From: Deinococcales bacterium
Lineage (GTDB): Bacteria > Deinococcota > Deinococci > Deinococcales > Trueperaceae
Direction of reading: 5' to 3'
Assembly: GCA_012515535.1 (NCBI GenBank)
Contig: JAAYYF010000147.1
Coordinates: 782 to 64,781, forward strand
DNA length: 64,000 nucleotides
The translations under genes and the position numbers were made by a program. Under the pieces are notes generated by a model, which was given only the letters and a program-made list of their open reading frames with translations, did not search any database and had not been told where the DNA came from. The number at the start of each line of letters is the position of its first letter. Position 1 is the stretch's first letter. This document shows positions 52,884 through 62,230 of this stretch, piece after piece.

Positions 52884-54071
52884 TTACTGCCCCTGGATCT
52901 CCTGGACCGCCTGCTGCAGCACGGCGCTCACGTCGGCGTCGGCGTCCTCGGTGATGACGTTGAGGGCGTTGCCCATCGGCGACCACACGGCGCCCATCTC
53001 GGGGATGTTCGGCATGGGCTCGGCGTTGGCGAGCGCCGCGCCGAAGCCGGCGATGATGGGGTCGTCCTCGACCTCGGCCAGCGCCGAGAGCGAGGCCGGG
53101 ATGCGGCCGGAGAGGCGCGCCAGCGACACCTGGGCGTCCTTGCGCGACAGCCACTTGGAGAAGTTGGCGGCCTCGACCTTGAGGTCGCTGAACTGGTTCA
53201 CCAGGACGCCCTGCACCCCCATGAAGCCGCGGAACGGCGTGCCGTCGGCGAGCGGCGGCACCGGGTGGACGCTGACGTCGAGGCCCGCGTCCTGGTACTG
53301 GCTGATCGACCAGGGGCCGGTGTAGATCATCGCCAGGGCGCCGTCGACGAACAGGCCGTTGGCCACGTCGAAGTTGGTGCCCGAGGGGATGAGGCCCTCG
53401 GCGAAGCGCAGGTCGTGGAGCGCCTGCCCGCCCGCCACCGCGCCCTCGTTGGCGAGGCCGATGTCGGAGGGGTCGAGCGCGCCGCTGGCGTCGCGGCCGA
53501 ACACGTAGCCGCCGTGGGTGAGGAACCAGGCGTAGCTGAAGTAGAAGTTGTTGATGTCGAAGAGGAAGCCGAAGGTGTCGGCGGTCGTGAGGTCGGCGGC
53601 GACCTGCAGCATCTCCTCGTAGGTGGCGGGCACCTCGGCCACCAGCTCGTCGTTCACGACCAAGGCCGGGCCTTCGACGTACATCGGCAGCCCGAACAGC
53701 TTGCCGGCGTAGGAGTAGGCCAGGCGCGCCTGCTCGCTCAGGTCATCGAGGTAGGCGCTGGTGGCGTAGGTGGACATGTCGAGGAGCACGCCCCCGACGG
53801 CCATCTCGCCGATCTGGTCGTGCGGCACGCCGGCGAAGACGTCGCCGGCCTGGCCCTGGGGCGCGGCCAGCAGCGCCTGCTGCTTGAGCTCGTTGACGTC
53901 GAGGCGGACGAGCTCGACGTCGACACCGAACGCGTCGGAGAACGAGGCGGCTTCCTCGCGGAGCCAGTCGAGCGTCTGGTCGGTCCAGGTGGTCCAAACG
54001 GTGAGGGTCTGGCCGAACGCCACGCCGAAGGTGGCTAGGGCCAGGGTCAGGGTGACGAAGATCTTCCTCAA
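52884..54071 (-). CDS. Maltose/maltodextrin-type ABC substrate-binding protein
   Basis: Signal peptide MRKIFVTLTLALATFGVAFG. MalE-like motifs (LTVWTTW, DVF.GVPHDQIGEM, GP.W). TTG start with GGGAGA 6 nt upstream. Confidence 0.85.
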   Translation of the reverse strand: MRKIFVTLTLALATFGVAFGQTLTVWTTWTDQTLDWLREEAASFSDAFGVDVELVRLDVNELKQQALLAAPQGQAGDVFAGVPHDQIGEMAVGGVLLDMSTYATSAYLDDLSEQARLAYSYAGKLFGLPMYVEGPALVVNDELVAEVPATYEEMLQVAADLTTADTFGFLFDINNFYFSYAWFLTHGGYVFGRDASGALDPSDIGLANEGAVAGGQALHDLRFAEGLIPSGTNFDVANGLFVDGALAMIYTGPWSISQYQDAGLDVSVHPVPPLADGTPFRGFMGVQGVLVNQFSDLKVEAANFSKWLSRKDAQVSLARLSGRIPASLSALAEVEDDPIIAGFGAALANAEPMPNIPEMGAVWSPMGNALNVITEDADADVSAVLQQAVQEIQGQ

Positions 54072-54202
54072 GGCGGATCTCCCTTCGAGATACGTGTCGC
54101 GAGGGTCGTGGTCGGCGTGCGCCGCCCCAGGCCCCCGTCGGAACGTGTCACGACCATACTAACCACCCGGCGGCGCTGGTTCTCCCTCGCTTGAGCGCGC
54201 TT

Positions 54203-55513
54203 TCATGCACCGCGAAGACGGTAGCGGCCCCCGGGCGTGGCGCTCACCTCGCCCTCCAGCTCGAGGCGCGCCAGCAGGCCCACGAGCGCGCCGGGGGAGA
54301 GCTGCACCTCCGCCAGCAGGGCGTCGAGCGACAGCTCGCCGGCCCCCGCCAGCGCCCGCCTCACGCGCTCCACGGGCGTGAGCCCGAGGGGCAGCTCGCC
54401 TTGCGACACCGCGCTGGTCGGGCCGTGTCCGGTCCCCGCGTGCGGGTCCGGCCCGGGCGCGTCCGCCGCCGTGGCCGCGGGCCGCGGCGCCAGCTCCGCG
54501 AACTCGGCGAACAGGTCGTCCTCGGAGGCCAGCGGGCTCGCGCCCTCGCGCAGCAGCCGCACGCAGCCGGCGCCGGTGGCGCTCCAGGGCGCGGCGGGGA
54601 CCGCCAGCACGGTGCGCCCCTGCTGCAGGGCGTGCGCGACGGTGTTGTGAGCGCCCGAGCGCAGCCCGGCCTCGACCACCACGACCGCGCGCGCCAGGCC
54701 GCTGATGACGCGGTTGCGGTGGAGGAACGACTTCTGCGTCGGCTGCGTGTCGGGCGGCCACTGGCTGACCACCGCGCCGCCGGCCGCCAGGATGCGCCGC
54801 GCCAGCCCCGCGTGCGCCGCGGGGTGCAGCCGCCCGTGGCCGCCGCCCAGCACCGCCACCGTGGGAGCGGGTCCTGGCGGGAACGGTTCTCGAGCCCCGT
54901 CCGCCGCGGGCGCCCAGCGGTAGCGTGGGCGCGACCACCCCGGCGCGGCGCCAGCGCCGTCAGCGGCGGCAGCGGCGTCGAGGGCGCCCTCGTGCGCCGC
55001 GCCGTCGATGCCGAGCGCCAGGCCCGACACCACCACCAGGCCCTCGCGGGCGGCCGCGCGCGCCAGGTCGCGGGCGAAGCCGCGGCCGCCGGCGCTGGCG
55101 CGCCGCGTGCCCACGACGGCGCAGCTGCGCGCCCACCTGGAGCTGCGGTCGAGCTGCGGCGGGAGCCGCCCCTCCACGAACAGCAGCAGCGCGCTGCCGC
55201 TGGGGTCGTCGCGCAGCACGCGGGGGAACGAGGCGTCCTCCCAGGCGTGCACGCTCAGCCCGCCGGCCAGCGCGGCCGCCACGGCCGCCCGCGCCCGCCG
55301 CTCCTCGCGCCGCAGGGTGGGGTGGAGCTCAGCCGCCACCGCGGCGCGCACGCCGGCGACCCGCGCCAGCCGGCTCGCGCTGGCGTTGGCGACGGCCTCG
55401 ATGCCGCCGAGCGCCTCGAGCAGCCGCAGCAGCGTGGTCACCCCGAGCTGCGGGGTGGCGAGCGCGGCGAGGTAGAGCGCCGCGCGCTCGGGGGAGGGGG
55501 CGGGGCGCGTCAC
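54203..55513 (-). CDS. dprA: DNA-processing protein DprA (Smf)
   Basis: Rossmann-like core VVSGLALGIDGAAHEGAL...GHNTVAHALQQGRTVLAVP and a C-terminal winged-helix-like domain. Contains a ~45-aa Ala/Pro-rich insertion. Confidence 0.85.
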   Translation of the reverse strand: MTRPAPSPERAALYLAALATPQLGVTTLLRLLEALGGIEAVANASASRLARVAGVRAAVAAELHPTLRREERRARAAVAAALAGGLSVHAWEDASFPRVLRDDPSGSALLLFVEGRLPPQLDRSSRWARSCAVVGTRRASAGGRGFARDLARAAAREGLVVVSGLALGIDGAAHEGALDAAAAADGAGAAPGWSRPRYRWAPAADGAREPFPPGPAPTVAVLGGGHGRLHPAAHAGLARRILAAGGAVVSQWPPDTQPTQKSFLHRNRVISGLARAVVVVEAGLRSGAHNTVAHALQQGRTVLAVPAAPWSATGAGCVRLLREGASPLASEDDLFAEFAELAPRPAATAADAPGPDPHAGTGHGPTSAVSQGELPLGLTPVERVRRALAGAGELSLDALLAEVQLSPGALVGLLARLELEGEVSATPGGRYRLRGA

Positions 55514-55556
55514 CCCTCGAGCATGCCGCGCCGCCAGGCGAGCGGCAGCGCCCGAC

Positions 55557-55591
55557 GGGAGGCGCGCCTAGGGGTCCTAGGCGTGCCTCCC
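55557..55591 (-). terminator. Terminator hairpin downstream of cysS
   Basis: 16-bp stem GGGAGGCGCGCCTAGG / CCTAGGCGTGCCTCCC (one G-U) with a 3-nt loop, 38 nt after the cysS stop. Confidence 0.55.
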
Positions 55592-55628
55592 GCTCACCGT
55601 CGCGCGGCGCGCGGCCGCGGGCCAGGGC

Positions 55629-57056
55629 TCAGTCGAGCCGCCAGCGGCTCCCCTGGGGGGTGTCCTCGATGGTGACGCCCAGCTCCGCCAGGCGGTCGCG
55701 CAGCTGGTCGGCGCTGGCGAAGTCGCGGCGGTCGCGGGCGCGCTGGCGCTCCGCCAGCACCATGTCGACCAGCCCGTCGACGGTGGCGAGGGCGTCGTGC
55801 ACCGCGTCCTCCGCGGGCGGCACGCCCAGCACCTCGCCCAGCAGCTCGTCGAGCAGGGCGATGGCCCCGGCGCGGTAGGCGGGGGAGGCGCCCTCCTCGA
55901 CGGCGCGGTTGACGTCGCGCGCGGCGTCGAACAGCACCGCGATCGCCTGCGGGGTGTTCAGGTCGTCGTCGAGCGCCGCCGCGAAGCGCTCGCGGAACGC
56001 CGCGAACGGCTGGGCGTCGGCCTCCACGCCCTCCGGCAGGCCGTGCCGGGCGTTGCGGTACGCCTCGCGCAGGCGCTTGAGGCCGGCGGCCGACGCCTGC
56101 AGGCCCTCCTCGCTGAAGTCCGACACGCTGCGGTAGTGCGAGCGCAGCAGGTGGAAGCGCACGACCAGCGGGTCGTAGTCGGCGAACAGCTCCTCGAGGG
56201 TCACGAAGTGGTCCTTCGACTTGGCCATCTTCTCGCCGCCCAGCGTGATCATGTTCCAGTGCATCCAGTAGCGCGCGAACGGCTTGCCGGCCGCCTCGGC
56301 CTGCGCCACCTCGCACTCGTGGTGGGGGAACACCAGGTCGAGGCCGCCGCCGTGGATGTCGAACTCGTCGCCCAGGTACTTGGTGCTCATCACGGTGCAC
56401 TCGATGTGCCAGCCGGGGAAGCCCTCGCCCCAGGGGCTGGGCCAGCGCATGATGTGGCCCGCCTCGGCGCGCTTCCAGAGCGCGAAGTCGCGCGGGTCGT
56501 CCTTGTCGGAGCGCACCTCCACGCGCGTGCCCTCCAGCAGCTCGTCGGGGTCGCGGCCCGACAGCTTGCCGTACGCCTCCCAGGCCGAGACGTCGAAGTA
56601 CACGTTGCCGTCGCGCTCGTACGCCACGCCGCGCTCGATCAGCTCGGCGGTCAGCTGCTGCTGCTCGATGATGTGCCCCGAGGCGCGCGGCACGATGCTG
56701 GGGCGCCTGACGTTCAGGCTCGCCATGGCGTCGAAGTAGGCCCAGAAGTACTTCTCGGCCACCTCCATCGGCTCGAGCTTCTCGATCTGGGCGCGCTTGG
56801 CGAGCTTGTCCTCGCCGTCGTCGGCGTCGTCGACGAGGTGCCCCACGTCGGTGACGTTGGTGACGAAGCGCACCCGGTACCCCTCGTGCTCGAGCCAGCG
56901 CCTGAGCACGTCGAAGACGACCGGCCCGCGGGCGTGACCCAGGTGCGGGTCGGAGTAGACGGTAGGCCCGCACATGTAGATCCCGGCGTGGCCCGGCACC
57001 ACCGGGCGGAACGGTTCCTTCTCGCGGGTGAGCGTGTTGTAGAGGGTGAGCGACAT
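55629..57056 (-). CDS. cysS: Cysteine--tRNA ligase
   Basis: HIGH-type motif ([14 protein letters not shown]) and KMSKS variant KMAKS. ATG 57056 has GGAGGA 4 nt upstream. Confidence 0.95.
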   Translation of the reverse strand: MSLTLYNTLTREKEPFRPVVPGHAGIYMCGPTVYSDPHLGHARGPVVFDVLRRWLEHEGYRVRFVTNVTDVGHLVDDADDGEDKLAKRAQIEKLEPMEVAEKYFWAYFDAMASLNVRRPSIVPRASGHIIEQQQLTAELIERGVAYERDGNVYFDVSAWEAYGKLSGRDPDELLEGTRVEVRSDKDDPRDFALWKRAEAGHIMRWPSPWGEGFPGWHIECTVMSTKYLGDEFDIHGGGLDLVFPHHECEVAQAEAAGKPFARYWMHWNMITLGGEKMAKSKDHFVTLEELFADYDPLVVRFHLLRSHYRSVSDFSEEGLQASAAGLKRLREAYRNARHGLPEGVEADAQPFAAFRERFAAALDDDLNTPQAIAVLFDAARDVNRAVEEGASPAYRAGAIALLDELLGEVLGVPPAEDAVHDALATVDGLVDMVLAERQRARDRRDFASADQLRDRLAELGVTIEDTPQGSRWRLD

Positions 57057-57263
57057 CGGCTCCTCCGAGCACGGGCGACGCGCGCCCGCCTGAATGGTCA
57101 AGGTCTCAGGGGTTACGGGTTCAGGGGGTACTCAACGAGCCGCGGGACATCGTGGCGCCGCACGGCGGGGCAGCGCCCGGCCGCGGCTGGAGGTGAGGTC
57201 CCGTACGCGATGCGTCACGCTGGCGAGTGTAGCACGGGCGCCCGCGGGAGCCCGCTGCCCGCC

Positions 57264-57272
57264 TGGTAGAGT
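57264..57272 (+). promoter_or_regulatory. Extended -10 promoter (TGgTAGAGT) 6 nt upstream of the yigZ GTG, leaderless
   Basis: TGgTAGAGTgccgccGTG. Confidence 0.4.
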
Positions 57273-57278
57273 GCCGCC

Positions 57279-57887
57279 GTGGCGCATCTGACGGTGGCAC
57301 GCGCAGCTCGGCACGAGGAGGTCATCGAGGGCTCGCGCTTCCTGGCGCTCGTGCGCCAGGCCGACGACCCCGAGGCCGCCGCCGCGCTGCTCGCGGAAGC
57401 TCGGCGCGAGCACCCCGACGCCACCCACCACTGCTGGGCGTGGCGCATCGGCGAGCAGCAGCGCTTCTCCGACGACGGTGAGCCGGGCGGCACCGCCGGC
57501 CGGCCGATGCTCGAGGTGATCCTCAAGCGCGACCTCGACCACGTGACGGCGGTGGTGGTGCGCTACTTCGGCGGCCGCAAGCTGGGCGCGGGCGGGCTGG
57601 TGCGCGCCTACTCGGGCGCGGTGGCCAAGGCGCTCGACCTCGCCGGGGTGCGCGAGGTGCTCGACATGGTCACGCTGGAGGTGCGCGCGCCGTTCGCGCT
57701 GGTGGACGTGGTGCTGCGTCACGTCGACGAGCTCGTGACCTCGCACCCCGACGCGCGGCGCGGCGAGCCCGCCTTCGACGGCGAGGGCCTGCGCCTCGAG
57801 CTCACGCTCCCCGACTTCCTCGTGGCGGGCGCCACGGCGTCGCTGACCGAGGCCACGCGCGGCGGCGCCCGGGTGGAGCCCGTCTAG
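57279..57887 (+). CDS. yigZ: YigZ/IMPACT (UPF0029) family protein
   Basis: IEGSRFLA......ATHHCWAWRIG......SDDGEPGGTAGRPML and VVRYFGGRKLGAGGLVRAY are family signatures. Confidence 0.8.
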   Translation: MAHLTVARAARHEEVIEGSRFLALVRQADDPEAAAALLAEARREHPDATHHCWAWRIGEQQRFSDDGEPGGTAGRPMLEVILKRDLDHVTAVVVRYFGGRKLGAGGLVRAYSGAVAKALDLAGVREVLDMVTLEVRAPFALVDVVLRHVDELVTSHPDARRGEPAFDGEGLRLELTLPDFLVAGATASLTEATRGGARVEPV

Positions 57888-57961
57888 GCGCGCCTTCAGC
57901 GTTCCTTCAGGCACCGACCGTTGACCGCCGCATCGGGCCTCGGAAGTGGCACGATGGGGCC

Positions 57962-58582
57962 ATGACCAGACGGACCTTGGCTTCCATCCTCGTGGGCGCG
58001 CTGCTGCTCCTGGCCGCCTGCGCCCCCGCGCAGGGGGAGAGGGCCGGGGAGGCGACGGCGACCATCGCCATGCTGAACGCCCCGGCGCAGTCGGCGGTGC
58101 CTGGCAGCGCCGACGCCGTGCAGGCCGAGCTCGAGGGCCGCGCCGACGCGCCCTTCGGCTTCGTCTCCGCCTTCTCCATGCGCTTCCTCGAGACCCACAA
58201 CGACCTGTTCCACAGCCGCGCCGCGCCCAGCGCCGCGCGCATCGCCCGCACCCAGAACGCCGACCTGGCGGTGATGGTCGGCGCCCCGGTGCTGGAGCGC
58301 GAGGTCACCGAGGGCCGCGGCGCGAGCCGGCGCGTCGACGTGACGCTGGCGCTGGAGGCCCAGGTGGTCGACCCGCGCAACGACGCCGTCGTGCAGGTGC
58401 TGCGCACGCGCACGCTGCAGGGCTCGCGCGTCGAGTCGGTGGACCTGCCGCTCCCCGACGTCACCGCCGACCCCACGGTGTTGGCGCTGCGCGACCGCGC
58501 CGCGCCCGAGCTGGCCGCCTCGCTGCTGGCGGAGCTGCCCTACCTCATCAGCTCGCTCCTCATCGGAAGTAACGGCGGATGA
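57962..58582 (+). CDS. Hypothetical lipoprotein
   Basis: Signal peptide plus lipobox MTRRTLASILVGALLLLAAC. No recognisable domain. The 3' end overlaps the convergent gene by 23 nt. Confidence 0.6.
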   Translation: MTRRTLASILVGALLLLAACAPAQGERAGEATATIAMLNAPAQSAVPGSADAVQAELEGRADAPFGFVSAFSMRFLETHNDLFHSRAAPSAARIARTQNADLAVMVGAPVLEREVTEGRGASRRVDVTLALEAQVVDPRNDAVVQVLRTRTLQGSRVESVDLPLPDVTADPTVLALRDRAAPELAASLLAELPYLISSLLIGSNGG

Positions 58583-59972
58583 TCTCCTGGTAGTCGAGGG
58601 GCAGGTCGCCCTCCGAGAGGGCCTCCTCGGCCGCCCCCTGGTAGGGGGCGTAGCTCGTGCCCGGCGGCAGCTCCACCTCGTCGCGGCCGGGTAGCCGCAC
58701 GCTGCCGGCGACCGTCTCGGGCCCCTCCTGCAGCACGCCGCGCAGCAGCTCGGTGTCGCCCACCTGGCCGCTGGCCTCGAACCCCTCGGCGGTGGCGTCG
58801 GAGCCGCCGCCGATGCCGGCGCTGTCCGACCCCTCGCTGCCGTCGCCCGGCTCGCCGCCGGCGCCGCTGGCGCGCGCGCCGTCGCCGCCCTCGCCCTGCC
58901 CGGGCTCCAGGCCGCCCTCCTCCAGGCTGTCGCCGGCGCCCTCCTCGCCGCCGGGCTCACCGGCGCCGGCGCCAGGCTCGCTGCCCGCCTCCTGGCCGCC
59001 GCTGCCGTCGTCGCCCTCCTGGCCCTGCGGCGACGCCGCTACGTCGCCCTCGGCGGGCGCCTGCGACGGGTCCTGGCTCGCGCCCGCGGGCTCGCCGCCA
59101 TCCCCCTCGGGCCGACCCGCGCCCGCCTGCGCCGCGCCGTCGCCAGGCTGGGCCGGGCTGTCGCCGCGAGCGGCCTCCTGGGGCTGCTCCGGCCGGCTCG
59201 GCGGGCTCTGGGTCTGGCCCGGGGCGCCCCCCTCGTTGGCCGGGCGCTCGCGCAGCGAGTCGAGGTAGCGCGACAGGGGCGCCTGGTCGCCGGCGCCGCC
59301 GTCGGGCGGCTCCGCCACCGGCGGCGCCTCGGCGCGCTGCCCCTCGCTCGGCTCGACCGAGGGCGCCTCGGCGCGGCCCGGCGCCGGGGGCTCCGGCGCC
59401 GCCGGCTCGGGCGCCTCGCCGGCCTCGGGGGCCGACGGCTCGGAGACCGCGCCGCCGGCCGCCTGGCCGCCGCCGCGCGCGCTCGGCCCGCCCGCGAGCG
59501 GCCCCAGCACCGGCAGCGCCACCAGCACGGCCGCCACGAGCAGCGCCGGCAGCCACCACGGCGGGCTCGCCTCGCTGCGGTAAGCCTTCACCGCCTGCTG
59601 CGCGCGCTCCACCACCGCCCGCTCCAGCCCGTAGGGGTCGGCCTCGGCCGGGCGCGCCCCGGTGCCGGCGCGCTCGAGCACCGTGAGCGCCGTCTCGTAG
59701 CTCAGGCCCGTCTGCTCGCGGATGCTGCGCAGGGCGGCCGGCTCGCGGCTCCGCAGCGGCCAGGCCAGCCCCGCCACGGCGCCGAGCGCCACCAGGCCTA
59801 CGCGGCCCGCCAGGTCCAGCGGCAGGAACAGGGTCACGGCGGCGACCGCCAGCGCCGCCAGCGAGGCGTGCAGCAGCCGCCGCTGCCAGGCCGCCCGGCG
59901 CGACAGGCGCTGGTGCAGCCGGAACGGCTCCGTCGCGGCGGGGGCGGAGCGCCGGCGGCTGGCGCCGATCAT
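58560..59972 (-). CDS. Hypothetical membrane protein with a long acidic Gly/Glu/Pro-rich region and C-terminal ...DLPLDYQEIIRRYFR tail
   Basis: C-terminal 470 aa of track ORF 58560..60470. ATG 59972 overlaps the upstream stop (ATGA). TM helices at about aa 35-75 and 145-170. Confidence 0.6.
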   Translation of the reverse strand: MIGASRRRSAPAATEPFRLHQRLSRRAAWQRRLLHASLAALAVAAVTLFLPLDLAGRVGLVALGAVAGLAWPLRSREPAALRSIREQTGLSYETALTVLERAGTGARPAEADPYGLERAVVERAQQAVKAYRSEASPPWWLPALLVAAVLVALPVLGPLAGGPSARGGGQAAGGAVSEPSAPEAGEAPEPAAPEPPAPGRAEAPSVEPSEGQRAEAPPVAEPPDGGAGDQAPLSRYLDSLRERPANEGGAPGQTQSPPSRPEQPQEAARGDSPAQPGDGAAQAGAGRPEGDGGEPAGASQDPSQAPAEGDVAASPQGQEGDDGSGGQEAGSEPGAGAGEPGGEEGAGDSLEEGGLEPGQGEGGDGARASGAGGEPGDGSEGSDSAGIGGGSDATAEGFEASGQVGDTELLRGVLQEGPETVAGSVRLPGRDEVELPPGTSYAPYQGAAEEALSEGDLPLDYQEIIRRYFR

Positions 59973-60604
59973 GCCGGCTCCGCCCGGCGGGGGCGGCGTT
60001 CGAGGGTGAGGCCCATCGCGGTCAGGATAGCGCCGCCGCCCATCACCGCCAGGTACGCGGGCGAGGGGTCGAGGGGCGCCGTCCAGGGGTTGAGGAGCGT
60101 GGCGCCGAGCTGCAGGTCGACCCAGGCCAGCAGCACCAGGCTGCCGGGGACGAGCAGGGGCAGCGCCCAGGCGGCGCGCAGCGCGCGGGCGCCCCGCGCC
60201 AGCAGCGCGCCGAGCCCGTAGTAGGCGACCACCGTCAGCGGCGCCGTCAGCAGGCCCCAGGCGAGGCTCACCGCCGGGTAGCTGGCGGCGTGGGCGATCA
60301 CCTCGAACGGCAGCGTGACCAGCGCCCACACCAGCAGGGCCGCCAGCGTGACGCGCGCCTCGTGGCGCCAGGCGACGCCCGCTCCGGCCGTAGCGGGCGC
60401 CAGCGAGGCCCCGAACGCCGCGGCCGCCAGCGCCAGCAGCGCGTGGCGGATGGGCGCCAGCGAGAACCACGCCTCGTTCACCAGGGCGTTGCCGCCCGGC
60501 CAGGAGAACGCCAGCACCACCAGCAGCACGGCCAGCAGCAGCGTCAGCGCCTGCAGCATGTCGGAGCGGGCGAGGCGGGCGGCCAGGGCGTCGAGGAACC
60601 TCAC
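59969..60604 (-). CDS. Hypothetical polytopic membrane protein (about 6 TM)
   Basis: Six hydrophobic ~20-aa segments and no motif I recognise. GTG 60604 overlaps the upstream stop (GTGA). Confidence 0.6.
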   Translation of the reverse strand: MRFLDALAARLARSDMLQALTLLLAVLLVVLAFSWPGGNALVNEAWFSLAPIRHALLALAAAAFGASLAPATAGAGVAWRHEARVTLAALLVWALVTLPFEVIAHAASYPAVSLAWGLLTAPLTVVAYYGLGALLARGARALRAAWALPLLVPGSLVLLAWVDLQLGATLLNPWTAPLDPSPAYLAVMGGGAILTAMGLTLERRPRRAEPA

Positions 60605-62169
60605 TCGGCCCTCCCGGCGTCCTGCAGGCTGGCGGCGGGCGCCCCGCCCTGGCTAGACAGACCGGTCTGAACGAAGGGCGAGGGCGCCGTCAGCAACGGG
60701 GTCGCGGCGCGCGCCGGCGGCGCCTCGCCGGCGCCGTCCGCGGCGTCGACCGCCGCCGGCGGGTACAGCACCCACACGGTGCAGGCGTCGTCGCAGGCCG
60801 AGCGCCCCACCACCGTGCCGTCCGGCAGCAGCGGCAGCAGCGCCGCGTAACGCGGCCAGTCGCCCGCCTCCGTGGGCGTCGGGGCGCTGGCGCCTGGCGC
60901 CAGGTCGCCGAGCGGCCCCGCGCCCACCCGGACCAGGTCGCGCACGGGCTCGCGACCCACGTTGCGCAGCGCCTCGCCGTCCCACAGCAGCGGCGCGTCG
61001 GCCAGCCGCGGGGCGAGCTCGAGCATGGCGGCGCGCCAGCGCTCGAGCGTGAGGTGGGTGCCCGCGTCGTCGACGCGGTAGGGCTGCGGGCGCAGCGGGC
61101 GGGCGCGGCCGCCGTAGCTCAGGGCGCTGCGGGGCAGCGTGAGCACCTCGCGCGCCCGGACCTCGAGCGCCAGCCCGTCGCCGGCCAGCGCCAGCGTCAG
61201 GTCGCGCTCCAGCTGCGGCGTGGCGGGCCGCAGCGCGCGCCACCCGACCACCGACACGAGCGCCACGAGCGCCAGCACGCCCACGAGCCCGGGCGCCCCG
61301 GCCCAGCGCACCAGCAGCAGGGCCAGCAGCGCGAAGGCCGCCAGCGCCAGCGCCACCAGCGACTGCTTGGCGGGGGTGGGCGGCGCTACCAGCGGCTCCT
61401 CGAGCAGGGCCGCGAGCAGCGTGTCGCGCGCGGGGGTGGCGAGCGCCGCGGCGGCCGTCAGGGCCGTCTCGGGGCCCGCGCCCGAGGCCACCACGGCGCC
61501 GGCGCCCAGCCGCGCGTGCGCGCCGCCGGCGAGCAGGAGCTCGAGCTCGGCGTGGCTGGGCGGCAGCGGGCCCAGCAGCACCACGGTGGCGCCGCCGGCC
61601 GCGGCGGCGGCCACGCTCTCGAGGCGCGGGGCGGCGGCCGAGCCGTCGATCAGCAGCGTGCGCACGCCGTCGTAGGCGGCCGGCTCGCTCGGCAGGTCGC
61701 TGGCCACCACGTCGGCCAGGCGCGCGCCGGGCCCGTAGGCCGTGGCGTAGGCGGCGCGGTAGCTGCCGGGGAGGTTGCTCAGCAGCAGGTCGAGCGGCCG
61801 GGCGTCGGCCTCGCGGCCCTCGACGCTGCCGCTGGCCAGCACGCGGTCGGGGGTGGCCAGGCGCCACGCCAGGCGCGCGAAGCGCGGCAGGTAGACCGTG
61901 GTCTCGAAGACGGAGATGCCGGCGCCGCCGCGCACCGCGTGCGACACGGTCAGGGGCAGCTCGCCCGAGCGCAGCGTGCCCTGGTCGATCTGCAACGTGA
62001 GGGTGGCGGGCGGCGCGTCGCGCAGCTCGAGGCGTAGCGGGTTCCACGCGTCGGCCACGGGCTGGCCGGCCACCCCCAAGCTGAAGCGCGCCGACGGCGC
62101 CTGGCCGAGCGCGACCGTGGACGCCAGGAGCGCCCACAGCAGAGCGAGGCAGCGGGCCGAGGAGCACAT
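60601..62169 (-). CDS. Hypothetical exported protein with central hydrophobic hairpin (522 aa)
   Basis: Signal peptide MCSSARCLALLWALLASTVALGQA. About 260-aa domain, then two adjacent hydrophobic helices (SLVALALAAFALLALLLV / LVGVLALVALVSVVGW), then a ~210-aa second domain. Confidence 0.6.
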   Translation of the reverse strand: MCSSARCLALLWALLASTVALGQAPSARFSLGVAGQPVADAWNPLRLELRDAPPATLTLQIDQGTLRSGELPLTVSHAVRGGAGISVFETTVYLPRFARLAWRLATPDRVLASGSVEGREADARPLDLLLSNLPGSYRAAYATAYGPGARLADVVASDLPSEPAAYDGVRTLLIDGSAAAPRLESVAAAAAGGATVVLLGPLPPSHAELELLLAGGAHARLGAGAVVASGAGPETALTAAAALATPARDTLLAALLEEPLVAPPTPAKQSLVALALAAFALLALLLVRWAGAPGLVGVLALVALVSVVGWRALRPATPQLERDLTLALAGDGLALEVRAREVLTLPRSALSYGGRARPLRPQPYRVDDAGTHLTLERWRAAMLELAPRLADAPLLWDGEALRNVGREPVRDLVRVGAGPLGDLAPGASAPTPTEAGDWPRYAALLPLLPDGTVVGRSACDDACTVWVLYPPAAVDAADGAGEAPPARAATPLLTAPSPFVQTGLSSQGGAPAASLQDAGRAE

Positions 62170-62230
62170 ACCGGTACCGGAGTATACGGGCCGCGGGGCG
62201 CCCGCAGGTGGCGCGCCGGGTACCGGCGGC

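Noticed and set aside
57100-57135. G-quadruplex on the plus strand (GGGGttacGGGttcaGGGGG)
   Set aside because: Only three proper G-tracts are present, and a fourth would need a GG run. It is more simply read as the complement of a C-rich cysS leader repeat.
57057-57234. T-box riboswitch in the cysS leader
   Set aside because: There is no T-box sequence (…GGUGGUACCGCG…), no AG bulge or GNUGA elements, and no terminator/antiterminator pair that I can see.
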